Source: a virus (lineage: Duplodnaviria > Caudoviricetes). Taken from it: a stretch of DNA of 52,666 nt. Under the pieces are notes generated by a model. That model ran no database searches. It was not told the DNA's origin and saw only the letters and a program-made list of their open reading frames with translations. This document shows, one piece after another, positions 35,601-42,713 of the stretch; within the stretch, counting starts at the first letter, position 1, and every line of letters starts with the position of its first letter. Position numbers and translations under genes: made by a program. The stretch lies in IMG/VR virus record IMGVR_UViG_3300027821_000001, positions 1 to 52,666 of that record; one strand, given 5' to 3'.

Positions 35601-38255
35601 GCTCCAGCCCTGGTCGTTCTAGGAAAGCAGTCATGGACCTCAATTATCAAAGGTTTGGTGGCTCTAGCAGCTGTATTCATCGTCATCGGCGCCGCCGCAG
35701 CTTTGCTTACACCCGCAATACCAGCCATGATCGGCCTAGGTGCCGCCCTAATACTGATTGGTGCTGGCTTGGCGTTGGCCGGTGCTGGAATTGCCCTGAT
35801 CGGGATCGGTCTTAGCGCAATTGTAGTTGCCGCTCCAACTGCAGTCGGAATTATTGTGCAGGCGTTTGTTCAGCTACAAGAAGGTATTATCAAGAACGCC
35901 AAACTCTTGATTCTAGGATTGTTGCAGATTGTCGAGCAAGTCGCAAAGGTGGCACCAAAGTTTGCCGATGCTCTGGTTAAGATTCTCGGCACTTTGATCG
36001 ATGCTCTGATTAAGCTTTCACCAAAAGTAGTGGAAGCAATGAATGCACTCTTGGATGCAGTGTTGGCGGTTATTAGTCAGAATCAGGGTAAGATTATTCA
36101 AGCCGGATTCAGTCTTATCCTAGCGCTGCTGCAAGGTATCAAACAGAACATCGGACAGATTGTTACCGCAGTAGTAAGTATCGTCGTCAAGTTCCTTCAG
36201 GCAATTGGTAATAATCTTAATCGAATTATTATTGCCGGAGGGCAACTACTTCTTTCCTTGATTAAGGGAATTGCTCGATATTACGCGATGCTTGCCACCG
36301 CTGGACTAACGATTATTGCCAAGTTTGTTGGTGCGATTGCCAATAATATTGGTAAGGTTGTTAGTGCGGGTCTTAATATTGTCGTTAAATTGGTGGGAGC
36401 AATTAGTAGGAATGTCGGCAAACTAGTTGCAGCTGGTTCGGACGCAGTTGTGAAATTTATCACTGGTGTCGGTAATGCTGGACCCCGGATCATTACTGCA
36501 GCTACCAACGCGATAATTAAATTCATTAATGCGCTGCAGAAGAATGCCAACAAGCTGGCTGCTGCTGGTGGTAGAGCAATCATCGCCTTCTTGAACGGTA
36601 TTGCTACTACTATCGATCAACAAGCACCTCAAATGAGAGCTGCTGGTATTAGAATTGGAGTAGCTCTTGTCGATGGTATGACCTTTGGTCTGGCTAGTAA
36701 AGCCGCCGGAGTGATCAAGAAGGCCGGAGATCTTGTCGGCAGCGTTAAGCGGAAGCTCGAAGTCTGGAAGAGTCCTCCGTTTGCTTACGGCGAGTTCCTT
36801 GGACAAAGCGTCGTGCTAGGTCTGGCTCAAGGACTATCGGATAATGCTGAGGCGGTTAATGTAGCTGGAGAGACAAGTCGAAGTGTTATCGACATGTTTA
36901 ACACGGTTTTCCAGACGGCATCTCCGTCCAAGGTTACGTATGCGATTGGTCGAGATGTGATCAATGGCTTTGCTCTTGGTTTGAAGAAGGGTACACAAGA
37001 CGATATTAAACAAGCTTTCGCTGATCTGAGACAAAACTTGCTTGGTCAAGCAGCAGATCTTCGCAAGCAGATCGCTGATGAAAAACAGAAGATTGCTGAA
37101 TTGAGGAAAGGCAAAGAAACTAAGGAAGAGACTGCTGAAATTAAAGCTTTGACTGCGGCTCTTAATCTACATAAACTCGAGTTGATCAAAGTAACCGAAG
37201 CACAGGGCGCGTTGAGTAAAGGTCAGCAGAAAAATAAAAAAGATTTGGTTGACTTGGCGAATCGATATGCTGCTCTTGGCGATAAGATTGAGTTGGTTAG
37301 AGGTGTAATTAAAGATTTCCAAGATCAGTATGCTGCCTTACCTCAGATTGAAACTGTGGATTCAGAAGGTCAGCCGCTTACGGGTGCTCAGCAATTGGAC
37401 ATCTATACCAAAGCTCTTACAAATCAAGTTGGAGCTGTTCAACAATACAACGCAACGCTTCAGCAACTTAGAGCGTTGGGTTTGGATGATAATACGTATA
37501 AAATGTTGTTGGCGCAGGGTACATCGGGCGAGGCTTTCGCGGAATCACTACTTGCTGGTGGTGCACCTGCGATTGCGAGTATTAACAAGCTCGATTCTCA
37601 ACTTGATACTGCAGCCGGAACACTTGGTGAAGATGCTGCGGCTAATTTGTACAACGCTGGTAAGAAGGCAGCTGAAGGTCTAATTGCTGGACTGTTGTCC
37701 GATCAAGAGGCTCTCAAGAAATCGATGACTACGCTTGTCAATACGATCGTTAATGCAATTAAGAAGAAACTGAAGATCAAATCACCATCAGAAGTATTTG
37801 CTGACATTGGTGCTTTGACGATGGAAGGTCTGGCGAAGGGTTTCTCTGACTCGACCAAGGTTGTAACCAAGGCTGTCGATCAGGCAGCTCAGGATGCATT
37901 AACGCAAATGCGGAAATCTATGAGCGATGTTTCCAATGTGGTACTCGAGCAGTTGAATCCAAATCCAGTCATTACTCCAATTCTTGATCTCACACAGGTT
38001 CAGGCTAGAAAAGCTGAACTAGATGCATTGACGAATGTGGTTCCGATTACGGCTGCGGTTTCGACAAACCAGGCCTCGGCTATTTCTGCAGGAACAGCAT
38101 CAGCTGAAGGCGATCAAACTACTGTAGCTCCTGGTGGAACTTCATTCAAATTTGAACAGAACAATTATTCTCCGGAGGCATTGTCAGATATCGAGATCTA
38201 TCGAAAGACAAAGAATCAACTTTCTTTGGTCAAGTCTGCACTTGCCATTACGTAA
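32625..38255 (+). CDS. Tape measure protein
   Basis: 1876 aa, Ala/Leu/Gly-rich; N-terminal tape domain (YADKTIY, QLSQA....G.V.LQDW.S); hydrophobic repeats; I.SPS.V motif. Confidence 0.93.
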   Translation: MASVDDKIVAISFESTKFEQGVNSAVRALDKLKKSLNFPEAGKGLSSISDAFKRLQLGRVGQAVDNVKNKLSALRLVGIAVLSNLVIEAVHAGARMIKALTLDPIMQGYHEYETKLTAIQTILSNTHAAGVKLKDVTKALNELNTYADKTIYNFSEMTRNVGTFTAAGVDLTTAVASIKGIANLAAVSGSNAEQASTAMYQLSQAISAGTVKLQDWNSVVNAGMGGTLFQRALTQTAEHMGTLKKGAVTLTGAMKNVTINGESFRQSLASAGPGKKSWLTSDVLTSTLKQLSGDMTDNQLKAEGYTDAQIKLIQTQAKMAVQAATQVKTLSQLLDTTKEAIGSGWAQTWELIFGNFGEARTLFTGLSNAINGFVSANAAARNKVLSDWKALGGRTVLISALKQAFHDLAAVVKPIKDAFRDIFPAKTGKDLYNMTLQFKRFTEMLMPSPATVENLRRTFRGLFALLDIGKQIVSGIFIVMGKFFQAVGVGSGGFLDLTGSIGDFLVSVDQALKKGDRLHNFFVKMGDILAVPVKAIGKLRDALLSLFSGFSPGAFSGQLDSATQAVTPLQKVVEALTTAWANFLDGFSNTGQVLQPAVDAIVTVIQGLGPAINAALSNMNFEAILAVIRTGLFGALVVMFRQFLGKGSLAKQLAGAGGGILGNIAGSFKALEGSMVALQQNIKAKTLKEIAIAVALLSLSIVALSFVDPKKLNASLVAITFAFAQLLGAMAIMDKIGKSGGFIKMPIIAGSLILLAGAIDILAIAVIALSRLSWGELVKGLGAVGFLLAGIAIAVKPLSSGSIQMVAVGVGLNAIAVALNILAFAVAKLGGMDTGTLAKGLGAIAIALTAIGLAAKLMPANMLITGAGLVAVAFGLQIIAKVVQKFGGMDWRTIGKGMIAIGGALVVIAGAMQLMPTNMIVTAAGLLIVSFALGKIAAAVQSMGGMSIGEIAKGLGTLAASLGILAIALYAMSGAIGGAVALGVAAAGLALLAPALVVLGKQSWTSIIKGLVALAAVFIVIGAAAALLTPAIPAMIGLGAALILIGAGLALAGAGIALIGIGLSAIVVAAPTAVGIIVQAFVQLQEGIIKNAKLLILGLLQIVEQVAKVAPKFADALVKILGTLIDALIKLSPKVVEAMNALLDAVLAVISQNQGKIIQAGFSLILALLQGIKQNIGQIVTAVVSIVVKFLQAIGNNLNRIIIAGGQLLLSLIKGIARYYAMLATAGLTIIAKFVGAIANNIGKVVSAGLNIVVKLVGAISRNVGKLVAAGSDAVVKFITGVGNAGPRIITAATNAIIKFINALQKNANKLAAAGGRAIIAFLNGIATTIDQQAPQMRAAGIRIGVALVDGMTFGLASKAAGVIKKAGDLVGSVKRKLEVWKSPPFAYGEFLGQSVVLGLAQGLSDNAEAVNVAGETSRSVIDMFNTVFQTASPSKVTYAIGRDVINGFALGLKKGTQDDIKQAFADLRQNLLGQAADLRKQIADEKQKIAELRKGKETKEETAEIKALTAALNLHKLELIKVTEAQGALSKGQQKNKKDLVDLANRYAALGDKIELVRGVIKDFQDQYAALPQIETVDSEGQPLTGAQQLDIYTKALTNQVGAVQQYNATLQQLRALGLDDNTYKMLLAQGTSGEAFAESLLAGGAPAIASINKLDSQLDTAAGTLGEDAAANLYNAGKKAAEGLIAGLLSDQEALKKSMTTLVNTIVNAIKKKLKIKSPSEVFADIGALTMEGLAKGFSDSTKVVTKAVDQAAQDALTQMRKSMSDVSNVVLEQLNPNPVITPILDLTQVQARKAELDALTNVVPITAAVSTNQASAISAGTASAEGDQTTVAPGGTSFKFEQNNYSPEALSDIEIYRKTKNQLSLVKSALAIT

Positions 38256-38263
38256 ACATTCTC

Positions 38264-38283
38264 GGGCCCTCTTCGGAGGGCCT
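38264..38283 (+). other. GC hairpin with cUUCGg tetraloop between tape measure and Dit genes
   Basis: GGGCCCTC-TTCG-GAGGGCCT with no U-tract, next to the AGGAGG RBS. Confidence 0.6.
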
Positions 38284-38302
38284 AAGGAGGTTCTGACTAG
38301 CC

Positions 38303-39148
38303 GTGTTGACTGAACTTAAGGCGTACAGTTCATGGCAATCAGCTCCTGTACTACCTTTGAGTGATGTTGGCTGGGCTGAGACGGACTTGATCCAAATTAG
38401 AAATATTGATGGATTAGATCCAGTCGCTGCCTCAGTCAATACTTCACCTTTTGGATCAGTTGATGGAGCATCTTACACAGGTAGTAACGTGCTGACTCGA
38501 AATATTGTACTTACCCTGCATCCAAATCCAGATTGGGATCTTTGGACATCTGAGAGTTTGCGTCGATTGCTTTATTCATATTTCATGCCTAAGCGACCAG
38601 TAAAATTGGTTTTTTATAGCGACGACATAGTTCCAGTGCAAATTTCGGGGATTGTTGAATCGGTTGAAGCTAATCCATTCAGCAAAGATCCGGAATTTCT
38701 AGTTTCAGTTATTTGTCCAGATCCATATTTTACCGCGCTCGAGCCGATTGTTGTTACAGGTCTGTCAGTACGTCCAGGAGGAGCGGTAACAACCGTTGAG
38801 TACAACGGAAGTATCGAAACCGGAATGGAAGTCGAGGTTTCATTTGCTTCTGGTTCTGTTCCCGCTTCGATTGGGATTCAAATCGGAAGTCCTGCAATTT
38901 CATATTTTGATGTAGCAGCTTCAGTAAATGCAGCCTTAATTTTTGAGATGTGTTCTAAGCCAATGAACAAATATGTGCAAAATGTTGATCTTAACACCGG
39001 CGTTATTACCAATCTACTATCCAAGGTAGTAAAAGAAGGTTCCACTTGGCCCAGTTTTCAACCGGGTGAGAATGAATTTTCAGTTATCACAAATGCTGGA
39101 GTACAAGATTGGGAGCTGACATATCTTGAACGATTCGGCGGTCTCTAA
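38303..39148 (+). CDS. Distal tail (Dit)-like protein
   Basis: Follows the tape measure; I.GLDP, DG......RNIV, CPDPYF, PGENEF. Confidence 0.8.
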   Translation: MLTELKAYSSWQSAPVLPLSDVGWAETDLIQIRNIDGLDPVAASVNTSPFGSVDGASYTGSNVLTRNIVLTLHPNPDWDLWTSESLRRLLYSYFMPKRPVKLVFYSDDIVPVQISGIVESVEANPFSKDPEFLVSVICPDPYFTALEPIVVTGLSVRPGGAVTTVEYNGSIETGMEVEVSFASGSVPASIGIQIGSPAISYFDVAASVNAALIFEMCSKPMNKYVQNVDLNTGVITNLLSKVVKEGSTWPSFQPGENEFSVITNAGVQDWELTYLERFGGL

Positions 39149-40290
39149 TGGAACTTTTCACTCTGAATCGCAAGTTTCTTAAACAAGATCTAATCGACGG
39201 ATTTAATTCAGCTATTTGGACTGAACGATATTATGGTGATAGTGAAGTTGAGCTAGTAGTTCCACTGTCAGATGAGATGGTTCAGACATTGCCAGAAGGT
39301 ATATTTGTTGGTCTGACTGGATCCGATGAAGTGATGATTATTGAAAGTGTAAGTACGGACAATAGTAATGGTACTCTAAAAGCTTCTGGAATTAGCATTC
39401 TAGCTTGGTTGAATAATCGCTTTATTCGAATATCACCCAAACACGACGAGAACACTTGGATGCTTACCGGCGGTGTGCCGGGTCAGTATTTATGGCTGAT
39501 AGTATATTACATGTGTTGTCAAGGAAGTCCATATTTGAATGGTACCTATGATATCGGTATTCCCAATCCACAACAACTGATAATTCCAGGCTTAGGTCTT
39601 AAGGCTTATGACGCCTCGGGCGATGTTGTTGATATTGCCGTTGATTACCGCGACCCAGTTTATGATGCTTTGCGGAAAATTGCAACTGCTTATCAAATTG
39701 GCATGAAAATTACACTAGACTCAGCCGATGATAATTCATATTTCCTTGGTTTTCGAAGTTACAAAGGGCTTGATCGTACTAGTGCTCAAAACGCAAATGT
39801 AATTGTTCGATTTTCTCCACAGATGGATTCTTTGACGAATATCAAAGAAGTGCGATCGATTGCTGCACTCAAAACCGTGGTATATACCTTCGCTTCGTCG
39901 CTAGATGATGCGGATAAACCACTAGCGACAGCTCCTGGTGAAGCTAGATTAACCGGAACACAATATACCGGATTTGATTTGCGCGCTCTAATGGTACTCG
40001 TAGATAGTATGCCTACGCACGATGTAATTGCAGGAAACGCACAAGTAATCAAAAATGCTTTGATAGCACAAGCTAATTTGAATCTCGCTAATAATAGGTT
40101 TATAGCTATTGTCGATGGCGAAATTGTTCCTGCGAATGAATTTCAGTATGGGGTTGATTATACTCTTGGTGATGTGGTTGAAGTACAAGGAAATAGCGGT
40201 ATAACTCAACGAGTTCGAGTTACCGAGTATATTCGTGCACAAGACGAGGCAGGAGAAAGAGCATATCCAACTGTGGTGGCCCTTGACTAG
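39148..40290 (+). CDS. Baseplate hub/minor tail protein (ReqiPepy6 Gp37-like)
   Basis: S.IWTERY...E.EL N-terminus; F.YG.DY.LGD.V...R.TEYI C-terminus. Confidence 0.78.
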   Translation: MELFTLNRKFLKQDLIDGFNSAIWTERYYGDSEVELVVPLSDEMVQTLPEGIFVGLTGSDEVMIIESVSTDNSNGTLKASGISILAWLNNRFIRISPKHDENTWMLTGGVPGQYLWLIVYYMCCQGSPYLNGTYDIGIPNPQQLIIPGLGLKAYDASGDVVDIAVDYRDPVYDALRKIATAYQIGMKITLDSADDNSYFLGFRSYKGLDRTSAQNANVIVRFSPQMDSLTNIKEVRSIAALKTVVYTFASSLDDADKPLATAPGEARLTGTQYTGFDLRALMVLVDSMPTHDVIAGNAQVIKNALIAQANLNLANNRFIAIVDGEIVPANEFQYGVDYTLGDVVEVQGNSGITQRVRVTEYIRAQDEAGERAYPTVVALD

Positions 40291-40304
40291 GAGGAAGCCG
40301 TGAG

Positions 40305-40559
40305 ATGAATATTTTTTATGGGCTGCTAATCTGGACTGGTGGCTTAATAATCGGTTTCCTGCTTAGAGTCTGGATAGGAAGAGTAACTGGCTATACAGGA
40401 ACTATTTTTGTTAGTAGAACGGAACAAAAGACTGTATATACGCTCGAGCTCGAAGAATACCCAGACGAGATCCGATTTAAAAAAGAAGTAGTTTTTAAAG
40501 TAGATGCTAGTAACTTCGATGAAGTCGATATTTCTGAAAAAAGCTCTAATCGCGAGTGA
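40305..40559 (+). CDS. Membrane protein
   Basis: N-terminal TM helix; AGGAGG RBS. Confidence 0.7.
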   Translation: MNIFYGLLIWTGGLIIGFLLRVWIGRVTGYTGTIFVSRTEQKTVYTLELEEYPDEIRFKKEVVFKVDASNFDEVDISEKSSNRE

Positions 40560-40574
40560 AACATTGCGTATAAT
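40550..40574 (+). promoter_or_regulatory. Phage promoter P4
   Basis: TCGC GAGTGAAACATTGCG TATAAT. Confidence 0.8.
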
Positions 40575-40596
40575 GAGACTCTATCGAAGGAGAACT

Positions 40597-40881
40597 ATGT
40601 TTTCTAGGTCGAATGCCGCAACTCTAATCGAACTCGCGTATAACAGAGCGATTCGTGAGTTGAGTGGTCATGAGATCGGCTCGGAAGAATACAAGACGAT
40701 TTTGGACAGAGCAGTCACATTGCAAAAGCTGATGGATGAAGAAAAGCCATCATCTGTAAGCAAGGACACTCTGGCCGTTATCGGTGCAAATCTGCTGGGC
40801 ATTCTCATGATCATCAAACACGAAAATATCAACGTCATTACGTCGAGAGCGATGAATTTGATCATGAAGCCAAGAGTGTAG
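40597..40881 (+). CDS. Hypothetical protein with C-terminal hydrophobic segment (P4 cassette)
   Basis: AAGGAG RBS; between P4 and a terminator. Confidence 0.78.
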   Translation: MFSRSNAATLIELAYNRAIRELSGHEIGSEEYKTILDRAVTLQKLMDEEKPSSVSKDTLAVIGANLLGILMIIKHENINVITSRAMNLIMKPRV

Positions 40882-40900
40882 TTCCAAAGAAGAGATCAAG

Positions 40901-40940
40901 ATATGGAGGGCCGCAAACGCGGCCTTTCATATTTTTTTTT
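40901..40940 (+). terminator. Intrinsic terminator
   Basis: 14-bp stem ATATGGAGGGCCGC/GCGGCCTTTCATAT followed by a long T-run. Confidence 0.88.
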
Positions 40941-40980
40941 CGATCTAGAAAAAACCCCGGGGGAAGATTTCAATAAAAAG

Positions 40981-41005
40981 TCGCAGTTATTACATCGCGT
41001 ATAAT
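40981..41005 (+). promoter_or_regulatory. Phage promoter P5
   Basis: TCGC AGTTATTACATCGCG TATAAT. Confidence 0.82.
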
Positions 41006-41080
41006 AGAGAGTAATCATGCCTCATATAACTGCAAAACAAAAGTGCGCAGTTGGACTGCAGGAACGGTTACTCTCTTTTT
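41006..41080 (+). ncRNA. Small RNA 1 (~75 nt; P5 cassette)
   Basis: AGAGAGTAATC/GGTTACTCTCT closing stem; inner AACTGC/GCAGTT; T-tail; no RBS. Confidence 0.65.
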
Positions 41081-41104
41081 CGCGATAATTACACGTTATA
41101 TAAT
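41080..41104 (+). promoter_or_regulatory. Phage promoter P6
   Basis: TCGC GATAATTACACGTTA TATAAT. Confidence 0.82.
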
Positions 41105-41133
41105 GAAATGTAAATCTTTATCAAGGAGTAATT

Positions 41134-41256
41134 ATGAATTACGGATTCGGGAAATTTATCCTAGATTTGCTTCTGATCACCTTCACCGGTGGTCTTTGGC
41201 TAATCTGGATCTTTATTCGCGAAATGCGTAGACGTAGCATCATCGTTATAAAGTAA
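41134..41256 (+). CDS. Small membrane protein, TGGLWLIWIF paralog A (40 aa; P6 cassette)
   Basis: AAGGAG RBS; MNYGFGKFILDLLLITFTGGLWLIWIFIREMRRR...; not in ORF track. Confidence 0.8.
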   Translation: MNYGFGKFILDLLLITFTGGLWLIWIFIREMRRRSIIVIK

Positions 41257-41265
41257 CCGCATTTC

Positions 41266-41297
41266 AAAGAGAAGGCCCCACATGGGCTTTCTTTTTT
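41266..41297 (+). terminator. Intrinsic terminator
   Basis: AGAAGGCCC/GGGCTTTCT stem plus T-run. Confidence 0.8.
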
Positions 41298-41300
41298 CAT

Positions 41301-41325
41301 TCGCAGAAAAAACATCCTATATAAT
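41301..41325 (+). promoter_or_regulatory. Phage promoter P7
   Basis: TCGC AGAAAAAACATCCTA TATAAT. Confidence 0.82.
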
Positions 41326-41369
41326 GAGATAGGAAAATGCTTGTCGTTGAAGACAAGACCTATTTTTTT
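41326..41369 (+). ncRNA. Small RNA 2 (~45 nt; P7 cassette)
   Basis: GAGATAGG/CCTATTTT outer stem; CTTGTC/GACAAG inner stem; T-tail. Confidence 0.55.
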
Positions 41370-41389
41370 CTTTTTTCTATGAAAGGATT

Positions 41390-41521
41390 ATGATGGAACA
41401 GGGGGCAGTTGAAGAAGCGCGTCGTTTGCTGGGCGAAGCAGTTGAGAAAATTGCCCTAGCATTCCTCGCACTTGAGATGACTGAAACTGAGCTAGACGGA
41501 GCCGATGAGCAGGCGGCTTAG
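41390..41521 (+). CDS. Small acidic protein (43 aa)
   Basis: AAGGA RBS; MMEQGAVEEARRLLGEAVEKIA...; not in ORF track. Confidence 0.6.
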   Translation: MMEQGAVEEARRLLGEAVEKIALAFLALEMTETELDGADEQAA

Positions 41522-41529
41522 TTTTTTTT

Positions 41530-41679
41530 CTAACCCAGTGGGAGGCTACCTGATATTGAGGGGCGACAAAAGTTATAGGTCGTACAACCTATAGCCACAA
41601 AGCGTCCGCCTTGTACGGGGAAAGTGTCGCTAACGGGTAATTCCCGCAGAGCGGCCCAGGTAGTCTCCCAGTGGGTTAG
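41530..41679 (+). ncRNA. 150-nt structured RNA with kissing-loop pseudoknot
   Basis: 23-bp closing helix 41530-41552/41657-41679; GGCGACA/TGTCGCT; hairpin 41572-41595; loop CGTACAA pairs with TTGTACG (41611-41617). Confidence 0.75.
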
Positions 41680-41752
41680 TTAAGCGAACCGTTGGACAGT
41701 ACAGTCCCGGAAGACACGGCGGATAGGGTTCGATTCCCTATGTACAGCTTAA
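41680..41752 (+). ncRNA. tRNA-like element lacking an anticodon arm
   Basis: T-arm ATAGGG-TTCGATT-CCCTAT (41723-41741); D-loop-like AGTCCCGGAAG; acceptor-like GTTGGACA/TGTACAGC; outer TTAAGC/GCTTAA. Confidence 0.6.
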
Positions 41753-41766
41753 GTTGTCTAATTCAC

Positions 41767-41917
41767 TCAGTCCTGATATTGAGGTTAGCTACACCAAGAC
41801 ATATCGGCTGAAATATAACAAGTGGCTAGTTGCAACGGCGGACAGTCCATTGGAAGGCAAACGTACTTAAAAGTCAGTGGAGTGTAAGTTGTACGTTGAA
41901 AAACTCCACCTGTCCGC
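41767..41917 (+). ncRNA. Two tandem pseudoknot modules
   Basis: 41767-41779/41801-41811 crosses 41786-41792/41822-41828; inside GCGGACAG/CTGTCCGC, AACGTAC/GTACGTT crosses GTGGAGT/ACTCCAC. Confidence 0.6.
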
Positions 41918-41940
41918 TTTTCCTCAAATTAAGGAGATAC

Positions 41941-42150
41941 ATGTTGTTCAAGAATCGGTCATTCCTAGTTAAGTCGATCAAAGATAGCGATGTACAGACG
42001 ACTTTCCCTAATACTCCACCATATATGTTGCCCGATTTTGATCACATGGCCAAAATCATCACCAAGAGTGTAAGTACGTGCATTGCTGTCTACGTTGGTG
42101 CCGACACTATTCGGCGAGTTGTTGTTTACGCAATCTCGGCTAAATATTAG
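41941..42150 (+). CDS. Hypothetical protein
   Basis: AAGGAG RBS before ATG 41941. Confidence 0.7.
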   Translation: MLFKNRSFLVKSIKDSDVQTTFPNTPPYMLPDFDHMAKIITKSVSTCIAVYVGADTIRRVVVYAISAKY

Positions 42151-42168
42151 AAAGGATTGGGGTGATAG

Positions 42169-42402
42169 ATGCTTGAAATTATTCTAGCTATCCTCGTTCT
42201 GTTGACCTGGTGGGGTTTCTTGTTCTTGCTGCGAAAAGGTCGTGCCACGACGCGCCGTGAGATTATCGTGGAGTTTACCGCGAACACAAAAGCAATGGTA
42301 GACGCCCTTACTCGTTGTCAGGCCTCAGCACAATCCGCAGCTGAGGCGATGCGTCGATTTAACAAGGCGTGGAAAGAAGCACAATCTGAACAGAGGCTTT
42401 AA
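42169..42402 (+). CDS. Membrane protein
   Basis: N-terminal TM helix followed by a helical segment. Confidence 0.7.
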   Translation: MLEIILAILVLLTWWGFLFLLRKGRATTRREIIVEFTANTKAMVDALTRCQASAQSAAEAMRRFNKAWKEAQSEQRL

Positions 42403-42433
42403 TTTTTTGTAGAATTTATGAGGGGGAGCCGCC

Positions 42434-42613
42434 ATGAAATGCTTTTGGGCCCGCTGTCAGAACGAAGCGACAGAAACAATCAACGAGAGACCAGTTTGTG
42501 ATGATCCTATCTGCCAAGATTTGCTCAGACGAGGCTTTACCGATTTGCCTGTAACCAGAGGAAAACCGATCGTTCCAGTTTATATGTTTGACCCTTTCGA
42601 GACATCGCAATAA
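42434..42613 (+). CDS. Small Cys-rich protein (59 aa)
   Basis: GGAG RBS; MKCFWARCQNEAT...PVCDDPIC; not in ORF track. Confidence 0.6.
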   Translation: MKCFWARCQNEATETINERPVCDDPICQDLLRRGFTDLPVTRGKPIVPVYMFDPFETSQ

Positions 42614-42629
42614 AAACACATAGTATAAT
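42605..42629 (+). promoter_or_regulatory. Phage promoter P8
   Basis: TCGC AATAAAAACACATAG TATAAT. Confidence 0.82.
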
Positions 42630-42691
42630 AGAAGGTTAAGGCTCCAATAGAGCCGCCTCACTACTACGGTAGTGCGGTTCCTTCTTTTTTT
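42630..42691 (+). ncRNA. Small RNA 3 (~62 nt three-way junction; P8 cassette)
   Basis: AGAAGG/CCTTCT closing stem; GGCTC/GAGCC hairpin; CACTAC-TACG-GTAGTG with cUACGg tetraloop; T-tail. Confidence 0.68.
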
Positions 42692-42713
42692 ATTTTTTCG
42701 TAAAGGAGGTGTG

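Noticed and set aside
34796-35728. Long minus-strand ORFs (this 310-aa one and others)
   Set aside because: They are antisense shadows of Ala/Gly/Leu-rich + strand genes; RBS, promoter and terminator signals all point to the + strand
41549-41640. Hammerhead ribozyme at CTGATATTGAG
   Set aside because: The core is not CUGAnGA and no GAAA follows the candidate stem II
41680-41752. Canonical tRNA gene
   Set aside because: No anticodon arm or CCA; kept only as a tRNA-like element
41830-41940. N-terminal extension of ORF 41830-42150
   Set aside because: It overlaps the pseudoknot module, and a good RBS precedes ATG 41941
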